Source: a virus
IMG/VR virus record: IMGVR_UViG_3300030102_007788
Location: 106,407 to 170,406 of that record
Length of the DNA stretch: 64,000 nucleotides
Reading direction: 5' to 3' (one strand)
The stretch's first letter is position 1. Each line of letters begins with the position of its first letter. Shown here piece by piece: positions 54,782 to 64,000 of the stretch. Under the pieces are notes generated by a model that was not told the origin of the DNA, did no database searches, and saw only the letters and a program-made list of their open reading frames with translations. Position numbers and translations under genes: made by a program.

Positions 54782-54820
54782 TATTTCAGAAAAAACTGCC
54801 ATATAGTGTAATAGAATTAT

Positions 54821-55189
54821 ATGGCAACGGTTTACAATTTTAGCGCGACACAAGGATCTCAGTTAAGTGTCCGTTTAAATGTTAAGGATGCAAGTGGTGA
54901 TCCCATAAATTTAAGCGGTTATGCTGTAAGAGGTGTCGTTAAATATAGATACTCTAGCACTTCTTCTTTAGTAGATTTAGACCCCACTATAGTTTCTGGA
55001 ACTACAGGATCTCTGTACGCGAGTGGATATGTAGACGTTTATCTAAGCGGGTCTCAAACTGCAGCTTTACCAATTGGAGAGTTTGTTTATGATATAGAAA
55101 AATATCCAAACGGAGCTTCAAATTCAGAAGGAGCTGTAGATAAAATATTAGCTGGAGATTTCTTAGTATACCCTCAAGTAACTACCTAA
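54821..55189 (+). CDS. Virion structural protein (BppU N-terminal-like)
   Basis: QGS...L.VKD..G.PINLSGY...T.AL..G..VYDIE. Confidence 0.65.
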   Translation: MATVYNFSATQGSQLSVRLNVKDASGDPINLSGYAVRGVVKYRYSSTSSLVDLDPTIVSGTTGSLYASGYVDVYLSGSQTAALPIGEFVYDIEKYPNGASNSEGAVDKILAGDFLVYPQVTT

Positions 55190-55190
55190 G

Positions 55191-58100
55191 ATGAGCTCCC
55201 AAACTGTAGTAGATGTTATAGTGAGTGGATCCACTGCTACGGTAGTGGATAAACGCGTCGATGGCGTTACTACAGTTGCTGGCGCTGCACCTGTGACAAA
55301 TGTTAGCGGGCAAGTACCTGACCTTGGTGTTAATACTGACATTCTAGCGACACAAGGAGATATACTTTCCCTAACTAATGACGTTGCCAGCTTAAGAGCT
55401 AACCTAATTATCACAGGAACCAATCTAACTGATGAGATTGGACTTTTAAGCGGAACTTTAATTTCCACTGGTAATCAATTAAACTTTACGATTAATACTT
55501 TAAGTGGGGAATTAATTGCTACGGGTAATTCTCTAGATTCGTTTCGTAATGTCTTAAGTGGTAATTTAATCTCTACAGGGATAAGACTTCAGGATCAGCT
55601 TAACGTTAACACAGACTTAATCGCCGATTTAAGACAGGCTACTGGAGATTTAAATCGAGATAAGCTTGATAAAGCGGGGGGAACCATATCGGGAAATATT
55701 CTTCCTTCTACAAGTGGAACTATAAACTTCGGATCTGTCGAACTTCCTTTTTTAAGTGGCCATTTTAAAGACTTAATAGTCTCTAACAATACTTTATTTA
55801 TTGGTGACGTCCCTATCCATTCTGCTAACGGAGGTATAGATTTCCTTTCGGCCACTGGGGAAACTTTTTTTAAGGACGTAACAATAAGAAATTTAACTGT
55901 TACTGGCACTGAAACAATCATTGATGTTGATCATTTAGCTGTTAAAGATAATACGATAACTCTTAACAGTGGAGAAGACGGAGCGGGAATATCGTTAATA
56001 ACGGGTGGTATAATCATAGATCGGGGAAGTTTACCAGATGCAGACATTTTATTCAACGAGGAAAATGATAGGTTTGAATTTAATTTCCCTGTAGCTATTC
56101 AGGGAAGTCCTGTTATTACTAAAGGGGTTACAGGTTCATTTGTAACCCAAGGGCAGTTAGACGCTACTGGAATAAATTTACAAAATCAAATTATTTCAAA
56201 CGATACCGATATATCAAATACAGTATCTAATTTATCAACTACAGGAAACACTCTTTCCAATAAAATATCAACTTTTTCAGGCCAAGTAGACCTAGACTTT
56301 TTAGCTACAGGAAGTTCAATTGATTCTCTTAGCGGCAACCTTATTGCTACTGGTAATACTTTAGAATCGAGTATTAACTCCATAACGTCTAACGTAAATA
56401 CTACAGGTCAAACACTACAGACGCAGATAACTACAAACGCTGGCAGTATAACTTCATTAGATTCGGCTGTTAAAGCCACTGGGGTATTATTGCAAAATCA
56501 AATCACAGATAATGATTCTGAGATTAACACTCTGACTTCAAACCTTTCCTCAACAGGTCAGACTTTACAGGTTCAAATTATTGAAAATGATAATGATCTA
56601 AGCGATATATCTGGAAAGTTAGGTGAGACGGGATTATTTTTAAGTAATGAAATAGCTATTGTTTCAGGTGTGGCGGGGGGAGACAGATTTAACCAACTAA
56701 GCGGCAATTTAATAACCACGGGTCAATATTTAACAAGTGAGATTGCGATAGTTTCTGGAATGACCACTGGCGGGGCTGCGGTAGACGTATTAAGTGGACA
56801 TTTAGTATCTACTGGTCAGTATTTAACTTCTGAAGTATCTACTGTTTCTGGGTTAATAACAAATAACGACAATGAAATTTCTGCTTTACTAGCAGCTACA
56901 GGTGAATTAAAAACTGATATAGCTGGAAACGCTACCAACATGGGGGCCACTGGTCAGTTTTTACAGAACCAAATAAATGGTAATGACAATGACATAGCAA
57001 ACCTTAATACTAGGCTGATATCTACAGGAAACCATTTAGTAGATGTTACTAATCTTAATACTTCTGATATCAGGGTTGTCTCTGGGCTAGTGGTAAGCAA
57101 TGACGGAGATATATCGAACTTACAGTCAGCAACAGGAGAATTAAAAAGTTTATCAGATTCTAATTCCGTAAATTTAATTTCTACTGGAGGCTTTTTAACA
57201 TCACAAATAAGTATAGTATCAGGTATCGCTGGAGGGCAGGATTTAACTGCTTTAAGCGGTAATGTTATCGTAACTGGTCAAACTTTACAGACTCAAATAC
57301 TTTCAAATGATTCTGAGATTTCGTCTATTACTTCAAATTTAATAACTACAGGCCAGTACCTAACAGAAGAGATAGCCATTGTCTCCGGGTTAACTACAGG
57401 TTCGAGTTCTGACCCCGCTTTGAGCGGCAAAGTTAATACGTTAAGTGGTAATCTTATAACTACAGGTCAGACGCTCACCACAAATATAAATACAGTTAGC
57501 TCGAACCTAATAGCAACAGGAAAAACTTTAACAGACAACGTCAACACCGTTTCTTCTAACCTTGTTTCTACTGGGTCTAGAATTGATGATATTAGCGGAA
57601 ACTTAATTACTACAGGTCAAACTTTACAAACACAAATAACATCAAATGATTCTGATATATCTACTCTCACGAGTAATTTGGGCGTTACGGGACAAACTCT
57701 GCAGACTCAAATCACGAGTAATGATTCCGACATATCTACCCTTACTTCAAATTTAGTAACTACAGGTCAAACTTTAACCTCTGAAATAGCTATTGTTTCT
57801 GGAATAGCTGAAAATGCTAGTGACGAAGCTTTAAGCGGTAAAGTAAACACGTTAAGCGGAAACTTAATTACTACCGGTCAGACACTACAAACTCAGATAA
57901 CGTCAAACGATTCTGACATTACCAGTCTTACTTCTAATTTAGTAACCACTGGGCAAACCTTAACTACAGATATAACTACAGTTTCTGGGTTAATAGTTGA
58001 CAACGACGGAGATATAACGGCTTTAAAAACTGCGACAGGAGTCCTTAAAACAAGCACGGATAGTAATGCGGCTAATTTAATTACCACAGGTCAAACCTTA

Positions 58101-61100
58101 CAGACGCAAATCACGTCTAATGACGGAGATATTTCTACCCTAACTACTAATTTGGGGACCACGGGCCAGACACTCCAGACTCAAATTACAAGTAATGATT
58201 CTGATATTAGCACTTTAACGTCTAACCTGATTACTACGGGTCAGACATTGACGACTGATATTAGTACGGTGTCAGGTTTAATCACGGACAATGACGCTGA
58301 CATAACAGCTTTGAAAAGCGCTACCGGCGTTTTAAAAACTAGCACCGATGCAAATACTGCTAATCTGATTACAACGGGGCAAACGCTTCAAACTCAGATA
58401 ACATCTAACGATGGAGATATTACTACTCTTACGAGTAATTTAGTAACGACTGGACAGACACTGCAGACACAAATCACTTCTAACGACAGTGATATATCTA
58501 CGCTTACAACAAATGTCGGCACGACAGGTCAGACCTTGCAAACGCAGATTACCAGCAATGATTCTGATATTTCAACTTTAACATCCAACTTGGTCACGAC
58601 AGGTCAAACATTAACAACCAATATAAATACGGTTGCGACTAACTTGGGGACCAGCGGCCAAACTTTACAGACACAAATCACCAGTAATGATTCAGATATT
58701 TCGACGCTTACAAGTAATCTGGGAACTACGGGTCAGACTTTACAAACGCAGATCACTAGCAACGACTCTGACATCAGTACATTAGATTCTACAACAGTTA
58801 AGCTGACAACTAACCAGAGTATAGCCGGGAATAAAATCTTTACCAACGACGTTACGATAAACAATTTAACAGTTACGGGAACTGAAGTTGTTGTTGACGT
58901 AGAGAATCTCGCAGTTAAAGATAATATAATTGAAATTAATAGCGGCGAAAGCGGCGCAGGAATTAGTAGGATTTCTGGTGGTATTGTAATTGACCGCGGA
59001 ACTGCAACTAATGCGAATATTTTATATAATGACGCTAATGATAGATTTGAGTTAAACTTTCCCCTCGCTGTAGAGGGCGAAGTAGTAGCAAGCGCATCTA
59101 ACTTAATTACAACAGGGCAAACTCTTACTACTAATATCAATACAGTTTCTACAAACTTAGGAACTTCAGGACAAACCCTACAAACCCAGATTACTAGTAA
59201 TGATAGTGACATATCAACTCTGACTACTAACCTTGGTACTACGGGGCAAACTCTACAGACGCAAATCACCTCGAATGATTCTGACATCAGTACGCTTACT
59301 GCTAATTTAGGTACTACCGGTCAAACACTGCAGACTCAGATTACAAGTAACGATAGCGATATTTCTACGTTAACTACTAACCTAGGAACTACTGGACAGA
59401 CTTTACAAACTCAGATTACGAGCAATGACTCCGACATATCTACGTTAACAAGTAATCTAGTTACAACAGGTCAAACCTTGACCACTAACATAAATACCGT
59501 TTCAACCAATTTGGGAACATCAGGACAGACTCTGCAAACCCAGATTACGTCCAACGATACGGACATTACAAATTTAAGTAGTAATTTAGTTACTACTGGC
59601 CAGACGCTCACTACAAATATTAATACTGTTGCCACTAATCTGGTGACGACTGGTCAAACTTTAACTTCAGAAATAGCTACTGTTTCCGGATTGATTAATG
59701 CAGGCGCTATTGATGGGACGGGGGTTAGTGGTTATACCGCAAGATGGTCCGATAGTAATACATTAACAACCGGCGCTTTATACGATAACGGGACTAAGGT
59801 TGGTATTGGAACAAATTCTCCAGTTGCATATCTTACAGTGTCAGGTAATATTAGCGCAAGTGGTGAATTTTCTGGTTACGCAGGCGAAATAATTAATACT
59901 GCTGCAGGAGGAGGTGTAGGCCCGGGAGACGCAAATTATTCTTCCGTAGCTTTACTGTTGCATCTGAATGGATCCAACGGCTCTACAACGATTACCGACA
60001 GCGGTCCTGACAGTCTTGCAGTTACAGCTAATGGTAATGCAGCTATAACTACGAGCCAATCTAAATTTGGCGGCGCCAGTGCTGAATTTGATGGTAATGG
60101 CGATTATTTGCAAGTAGCAGCAAGCTCTGATTTTGATTTTGGAACAGGCGATTTTACTATAGAAGCTTGGGTTAATCCTAGTAGCACGTCGGAAGAAGAT
60201 GTAGTTAATCAATGGCATAGTGTTGCCAGTGCATTCTCGGGAATGTGGCAGATTGCAATAGTAAGTGGTAAAGCAAGATTTAATTGGTATGACGGTAGTT
60301 CTAATACAATCACTGGTACAACGACTCTCTCTACTGGAACTTGGTATAATTTAGCCGTAACTAGAAGTAGCGGTACATTAAGATTATTTGTAAACGGTAC
60401 ACAAGAAGCAGCAGGGACAGAAAATGGCAGCTTAGGTAGTAGTTCGCAAAATGTAAGAGTAGGAGCTCAACTTAACGGAAGCGCGCCTTTAAATGGTTAT
60501 GTCGATGAATTAAGAATTACAAAAGGAGTTGCTAGATACGGCGTTAATACATCACCAACTGTTACAACCGATTTAGAATATAATTATAACTTAAACAATG
60601 GTAGTTATTCTGGGTCTGGAAGTACATTAGCTGATCTAACGGCTAATGGGTATAACTCTACAATAAACGGAGCTACATATTCTACAGGTGATCGGAGTGA
60701 ATTATCATTTGATGGTACTAACGATAATATAACGACGGGTAGAAGTTTTAATCTTAATAGTAATAAAGAATATACATTAGAATTTTGGGTTAAAATAGAC
60801 GTAAGTCAAAGTTCGTTTAATTTTACAAAACCTCTTGCTACTGACTATAACGGCGGCAACCCATACTTTATGGTTGGCATGAGAGGCCTAGGAGATGGGA
60901 CTAACGGTGGTAAGTTGGATTTCTGGGAAAGAAATTCTTCAGGTACGGAAATATTAGCTAGAACATCCAGCACATATAATGATGGTAATTGGCATCATGT
61001 AGTATACGTTGCAGATTCAAGTAAACTTAGGATTTACGTTGACGGAGCATCACAAGCTGTATCATCCAGCAATCGCCCCGGCGGAACGATAACATCCGGT

Positions 61101-64000
61101 TCAAATTGGACTATTATGTCAGGTAATAGTTCATTTTTTAATGGTGATATATCTATACATAGATTTTGGTACGATAAAGCATTATCCGCATCAGAAGTAC
61201 TTGCAGAATATAATAATACAAAAAGTATATTTACAGGGGGTAGTCTTAACTTCACAACCCAAACTAGTGAATTTCCGAATCATGGAGGCGCTGGTTCAGT
61301 CTCTGGCTCCGGCTTGTATATAAAAGGTGGATCAAATAGTAGTGATGAGTATATTCTGCGAGCATTGTCGCAAAACGGAACAGACCGTTTTACTGTAAAA
61401 GGAGACGGTAATGTCGGCATAGGCACAACTGCTCCTGACTATACACTTGACGTAGCTGGCGACATTGGCGTAAACCAAAAAATCTACCATAACGGAGATC
61501 CTAACACTTACCTTAACTTTTTAGATGATAGATTCAAAATTAACGTCGGTGGCATAGTATATATAGATTGCGACGATTCTACGTCTGCTCCACACAACCT
61601 CACAATAAATGATGGTAGTAATAATGTAGATTTCATTATTAAGGGAACTAATAACAATCAAGGTAACCCGTTATTCAAGACTGATGCAAATACAAATAGA
61701 GTGGGGATCAACGGCGTAGGCTCTCCCGAAGCCGAATTGGAAGTTGATGGTACGATTCTAGCTACTGGCCCCGACCCCAAAATTGGTATAGGAACGATTA
61801 CTCCGGCTACATCTCTTCATATAGCAGCTCAAGCCCCTCGTATAAGACTGGAAGATACTTTAGATACTAGTAATTATTCCATGATTTATGCGGATAACGG
61901 TCAAGTTACTATATCCGCTGATGAAGGCAGCGCTCAAGCAGGGAGCGCCTTAATACTTAAAGTTGATAATAACGAAGTAATGCGGATGAATGGAGCTAAC
62001 GTTGGCATAGGAACTAATTCGCCAGCAAGAAAGCTACATGTTAGTGGGGGAAGTGGGAGCAGGTCAGATGTTCAGGTTACTTATGACGCCCTTGGGACAT
62101 CTGCAAATGATGGCGCACAGTTTGGCATCCAGAGTGGTGGGGCTTATATATGGAACTATGAAAACTCATCCATATATTTTGGCACCAACAATGGAGAGCG
62201 GATGCGGATAATGACTGACGGTAAAGTTGGCATAGGGACAAATAGTCCTGTTGCAAGACTTCATGTTCATGAAACCACCGCGGGGAGAATTCAGCTTACG
62301 AATGGCACTTCTAACGCTACTGCATCTGATGGCCTAGCAATCGCTGCAGAGCTTTCAACAAGAGCTTATTTTTGGTTGTATGAAAATGCGTACATGCAGT
62401 TTGCTACAAATAACGCAGAGAGAATGCGTATTACGGCTGACGGTAATCTTGGCATAGGAACAAATGCTCCAAGCAGGAAGTTCATGATTTTCGGCGGAAG
62501 CGCCAGAATGGGGATAAAAAACAGCACAGAAGGTGTTGTTCTTGGTTTACTTAGTGATGATGCAGGCTATCTTCATTTAAATAATGGGAGCGGTACTAAT
62601 ACAATACAGCTGCGAGGAGATACTGTTTCTTATTTTAACGCTGGTAGCGTTGGGATAGGAACAAATGCCCCCGACACAAAACTCCATATAGAAGGCACTA
62701 CTAAAACTTCCGCCACAATAGAGTCTACTGGCAATCATGCTGAACTAATAATAAAATCAGAAAATAATACCTACAGTCCCTATGTAGTGTTCAAGGACGC
62801 AGGCGCCGATAGGTATTTTATACAGGCTAACCCAAGTGACAGTTTATTATTTAGACCCCAAGGCACAGGTACGACTAGCAACTGGATAGTATTTAGTAGC
62901 AGTGGTTCTTTAGGTATAGGAACACAGACTCCGGGTTACAAGTTGGATGTCAACGGGACAGCTCATATTGCAACCGCTCAAGATTCTGTTGCGCCGTTAA
63001 CGCTTAAATCTACTTACAATGGTAGCACTGCTGGCCCGCTGTTGGACCTGTATAGAAAGAGCGGCACCCCCGCTGACGGAGATAATTTAGGGACTATAAC
63101 ATTTACGGCTGACACAAATGTTGGCTCTATAAATGAGTTCGCGAGAATAGAATCCACGGCCCTTGACGTAACAGATACAACGGAAGATGGCGCTTTAAAA
63201 CTTGCCGTAGTAACCGCGGGAACATTGCGTAGCAGAGTATATATGGACTCTACCGAGACTGTATTCAATGATGCAAGCCAAGATTTTGATTTCCGTGTTG
63301 AGTCTGACAACAGCGCTCACGCTTTGTTTGTTCAAGGGTCAAGCGGCAATGTCGGCATAGGCACAAATTCGCCAGCTCATAAGTTGGAAGTCTACGGAGG
63401 AGGCGGGGGAACTTTTGGCGCTATAACCAACCGCCAATCAGCTAACGCTAGCACAGATGGAATAGCGACTGTCAGCTATGACAGTGGAAATCAATCTTTA
63501 AGATTATGGGTAGACGCTAACGGCCACAGATATCTTAACGCTGGCACTACAGCGGTTATTTCCTTTACTACCACTGCTGTTAATATAAGGAAAGCTACAA
63601 CATTTAGCAGCGGCAGAGCTACATTTAGCGGCACGGCTGGTGCAGATGGAGTTGTTCTTGCGGGTGGTGAAGATAATAATCACTCAAGTAGACTATTTTT
63701 TGACAATGGCACGGCGGGAGAAGCAGTAACTATACTAAACGTTAGCGCTGGCATGCAGTTCAGGACACTCGGTACACCGGGTTCTAGTAGCGGAACCACA
63801 AGGATGTATTTAAATTCTGCGGGCAATCTTGGTATAGGAACAGGTAACCCTCCTCATAAATTATCTATTTACGGTACTGGAGCCGGGAAGGCTACTGTTC
63901 AAATTGAAGGAGAAGGTGGAGCTGATCCATGTATAAATTTCCTTGTCAACAACACAACTCACTGGGCCGTGGGAGCTGATGATTCAGCTAGTGATTCTTT
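55191..64000 (+). CDS. Giant tail fibre/adhesin, more than 2900 aa, truncated by the window end
   Basis: ATG at 55191 (MSSQTVVDV); frame spot-checked at the start, repeats and window end; absent from the track, consistent with no stop; coiled-coil repeats, two LamG-like domains, GNVGIGT modules. Confidence 0.85.
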   Translation, partial: MSSQTVVDVIVSGSTATVVDKRVDGVTTVAGAAPVTNVSGQVPDLGVNTDILATQGDILSLTNDVASLRANLIITGTNLTDEIGLLSGTLISTGNQLNFTINTLSGELIATGNSLDSFRNVLSGNLISTGIRLQDQLNVNTDLIADLRQATGDLNRDKLDKAGGTISGNILPSTSGTINFGSVELPFLSGHFKDLIVSNNTLFIGDVPIHSANGGIDFLSATGETFFKDVTIRNLTVTGTETIIDVDHLAVKDNTITLNSGEDGAGISLITGGIIIDRGSLPDADILFNEENDRFEFNFPVAIQGSPVITKGVTGSFVTQGQLDATGINLQNQIISNDTDISNTVSNLSTTGNTLSNKISTFSGQVDLDFLATGSSIDSLSGNLIATGNTLESSINSITSNVNTTGQTLQTQITTNAGSITSLDSAVKATGVLLQNQITDNDSEINTLTSNLSSTGQTLQVQIIENDNDLSDISGKLGETGLFLSNEIAIVSGVAGGDRFNQLSGNLITTGQYLTSEIAIVSGMTTGGAAVDVLSGHLVSTGQYLTSEVSTVSGLITNNDNEISALLAATGELKTDIAGNATNMGATGQFLQNQINGNDNDIANLNTRLISTGNHLVDVTNLNTSDIRVVSGLVVSNDGDISNLQSATGELKSLSDSNSVNLISTGGFLTSQISIVSGIAGGQDLTALSGNVIVTGQTLQTQILSNDSEISSITSNLITTGQYLTEEIAIVSGLTTGSSSDPALSGKVNTLSGNLITTGQTLTTNINTVSSNLIATGKTLTDNVNTVSSNLVSTGSRIDDISGNLITTGQTLQTQITSNDSDISTLTSNLGVTGQTLQTQITSNDSDISTLTSNLVTTGQTLTSEIAIVSGIAENASDEALSGKVNTLSGNLITTGQTLQTQITSNDSDITSLTSNLVTTGQTLTTDITTVSGLIVDNDGDITALKTATGVLKTSTDSNAANLITTGQTLQTQITSNDGDISTLTTNLGTTGQTLQTQITSNDSDISTLTSNLITTGQTLTTDISTVSGLITDNDADITALKSATGVLKTSTDANTANLITTGQTLQTQITSNDGDITTLTSNLVTTGQTLQTQITSNDSDISTLTTNVGTTGQTLQTQITSNDSDISTLTSNLVTTGQTLTTNINTVATNLGTSGQTLQTQITSNDSDISTLTSNLGTTGQTLQTQITSNDSDISTLDSTTVKLTTNQSIAGNKIFTNDVTINNLTVTGTEVVVDVENLAVKDNIIEINSGESGAGISRISGGIVIDRGTATNANILYNDANDRFELNFPLAVEGEVVASASNLITTGQTLTTNINTVSTNLGTSGQTLQTQITSNDSDISTLTTNLGTTGQTLQTQITSNDSDISTLTANLGTTGQTLQTQITSNDSDISTLTTNLGTTGQTLQTQITSNDSDISTLTSNLVTTGQTLTTNINTVSTNLGTSGQTLQTQITSNDTDITNLSSNLVTTGQTLTTNINTVATNLVTTGQTLTSEIATVSGLINAGAIDGTGVSGYTARWSDSNTLTTGALYDNGTKVGIGTNSPVAYLTVSGNISASGEFSGYAGEIINTAAGGGVGPGDANYSSVALLLHLNGSNGSTTITDSGPDSLAVTANGNAAITTSQSKFGGASAEFDGNGDYLQVAASSDFDFGTGDFTIEAWVNPSSTSEEDVVNQWHSVASAFSGMWQIAIVSGKARFNWYDGSSNTITGTTTLSTGTWYNLAVTRSSGTLRLFVNGTQEAAGTENGSLGSSSQNVRVGAQLNGSAPLNGYVDELRITKGVARYGVNTSPTVTTDLEYNYNLNNGSYSGSGSTLADLTANGYNSTINGATYSTGDRSELSFDGTNDNITTGRSFNLNSNKEYTLEFWVKIDVSQSSFNFTKPLATDYNGGNPYFMVGMRGLGDGTNGGKLDFWERNSSGTEILARTSSTYNDGNWHHVVYVADSSKLRIYVDGASQAVSSSNRPGGTITSGSNWTIMSGNSSFFNGDISIHRFWYDKALSASEVLAEYNNTKSIFTGGSLNFTTQTSEFPNHGGAGSVSGSGLYIKGGSNSSDEYILRALSQNGTDRFTVKGDGNVGIGTTAPDYTLDVAGDIGVNQKIYHNGDPNTYLNFLDDRFKINVGGIVYIDCDDSTSAPHNLTINDGSNNVDFIIKGTNNNQGNPLFKTDANTNRVGINGVGSPEAELEVDGTILATGPDPKIGIGTITPATSLHIAAQAPRIRLEDTLDTSNYSMIYADNGQVTISADEGSAQAGSALILKVDNNEVMRMNGANVGIGTNSPARKLHVSGGSGSRSDVQVTYDALGTSANDGAQFGIQSGGAYIWNYENSSIYFGTNNGERMRIMTDGKVGIGTNSPVARLHVHETTAGRIQLTNGTSNATASDGLAIAAELSTRAYFWLYENAYMQFATNNAERMRITADGNLGIGTNAPSRKFMIFGGSARMGIKNSTEGVVLGLLSDDAGYLHLNNGSGTNTIQLRGDTVSYFNAGSVGIGTNAPDTKLHIEGTTKTSATIESTGNHAELIIKSENNTYSPYVVFKDAGADRYFIQANPSDSLLFRPQGTGTTSNWIVFSSSGSLGIGTQTPGYKLDVNGTAHIATAQDSVAPLTLKSTYNGSTAGPLLDLYRKSGTPADGDNLGTITFTADTNVGSINEFARIESTALDVTDTTEDGALKLAVVTAGTLRSRVYMDSTETVFNDASQDFDFRVESDNSAHALFVQGSSGNVGIGTNSPAHKLEVYGGGGGTFGAITNRQSANASTDGIATVSYDSGNQSLRLWVDANGHRYLNAGTTAVISFTTTAVNIRKATTFSSGRATFSGTAGADGVVLAGGEDNNHSSRLFFDNGTAGEAVTILNVSAGMQFRTLGTPGSSSGTTRMYLNSAGNLGIGTGNPPHKLSIYGTGAGKATVQIEGEGGADPCINFLVNNTTHWAVGADDSASDS
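56150..59690 (+). repeat. Coding tandem repeats, 25-aa TGQTLQTQITSNDSDISTLTSNLxT and 18-aa TGQTLTTNINTVxxNLxT units
   Basis: Direct translation; boundaries approximate. Confidence 0.85.

Noticed and set aside
55163-63310. Minus-strand ORFs across the last 9 kb
   Set aside because: Shadows of the single plus-strand giant fibre ORF
32948-64000. Diversity-generating retroelement acting on fibres
   Set aside because: No reverse transcriptase and no TR/VR pair with adenine-specific differences seen
1-64000. Alternative genetic code or integrated prophage with host flank
   Set aside because: Long ORFs are intact under code 11; no integrase, att duplication or host housekeeping operon in the window

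Overview
The window is part of a large tailed dsDNA phage genome (Caudoviricetes). The ferredoxin and class III cyclase types tentatively point to a PVC/Verrucomicrobiota host, which is recognition from memory and not a search result. It has three zones. (1) 1-11.2 kb is an early/accessory region with tRNA-Cys, a DUF932 gene, a SleB-type hydrolase and many small genes. Thirteen of these genes each have their own sigma70-type promoter ending about 10 nt before a GTT-ATG start. Six copies of a fixed 78-bp element (25-bp palindrome, 28-bp polar G-rich spacer, 25-bp palindrome) divide the region into modules. It also holds a ~450-nt structured non-coding RNA candidate and structured 3' UTRs carrying sequences complementary to the phage's own start sites. 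(2) 11.3-25.8 kb carries HNH nucleases, a glycosyltransferase, an ankyrin-class III cyclase, ferredoxin, an HMA protein, PhoH, a sigma-like factor and an ERCC4 nuclease. Many genes from here onward are preceded by a GTGTA-AT-rich motif, a probable late promoter. (3) 25.8-64 kb is morphogenesis: terminase, portal, putative tail protein, two giant S74-chaperone fibres, a TibC/AAH-like heptosyltransferase, holin/spanins, prohead protease, capsid genes, and a third giant fibre from 55191 that runs off the window. The best candidate for an undescribed system is the repeat-partitioned array of near-leaderless cassettes with its structured RNAs.
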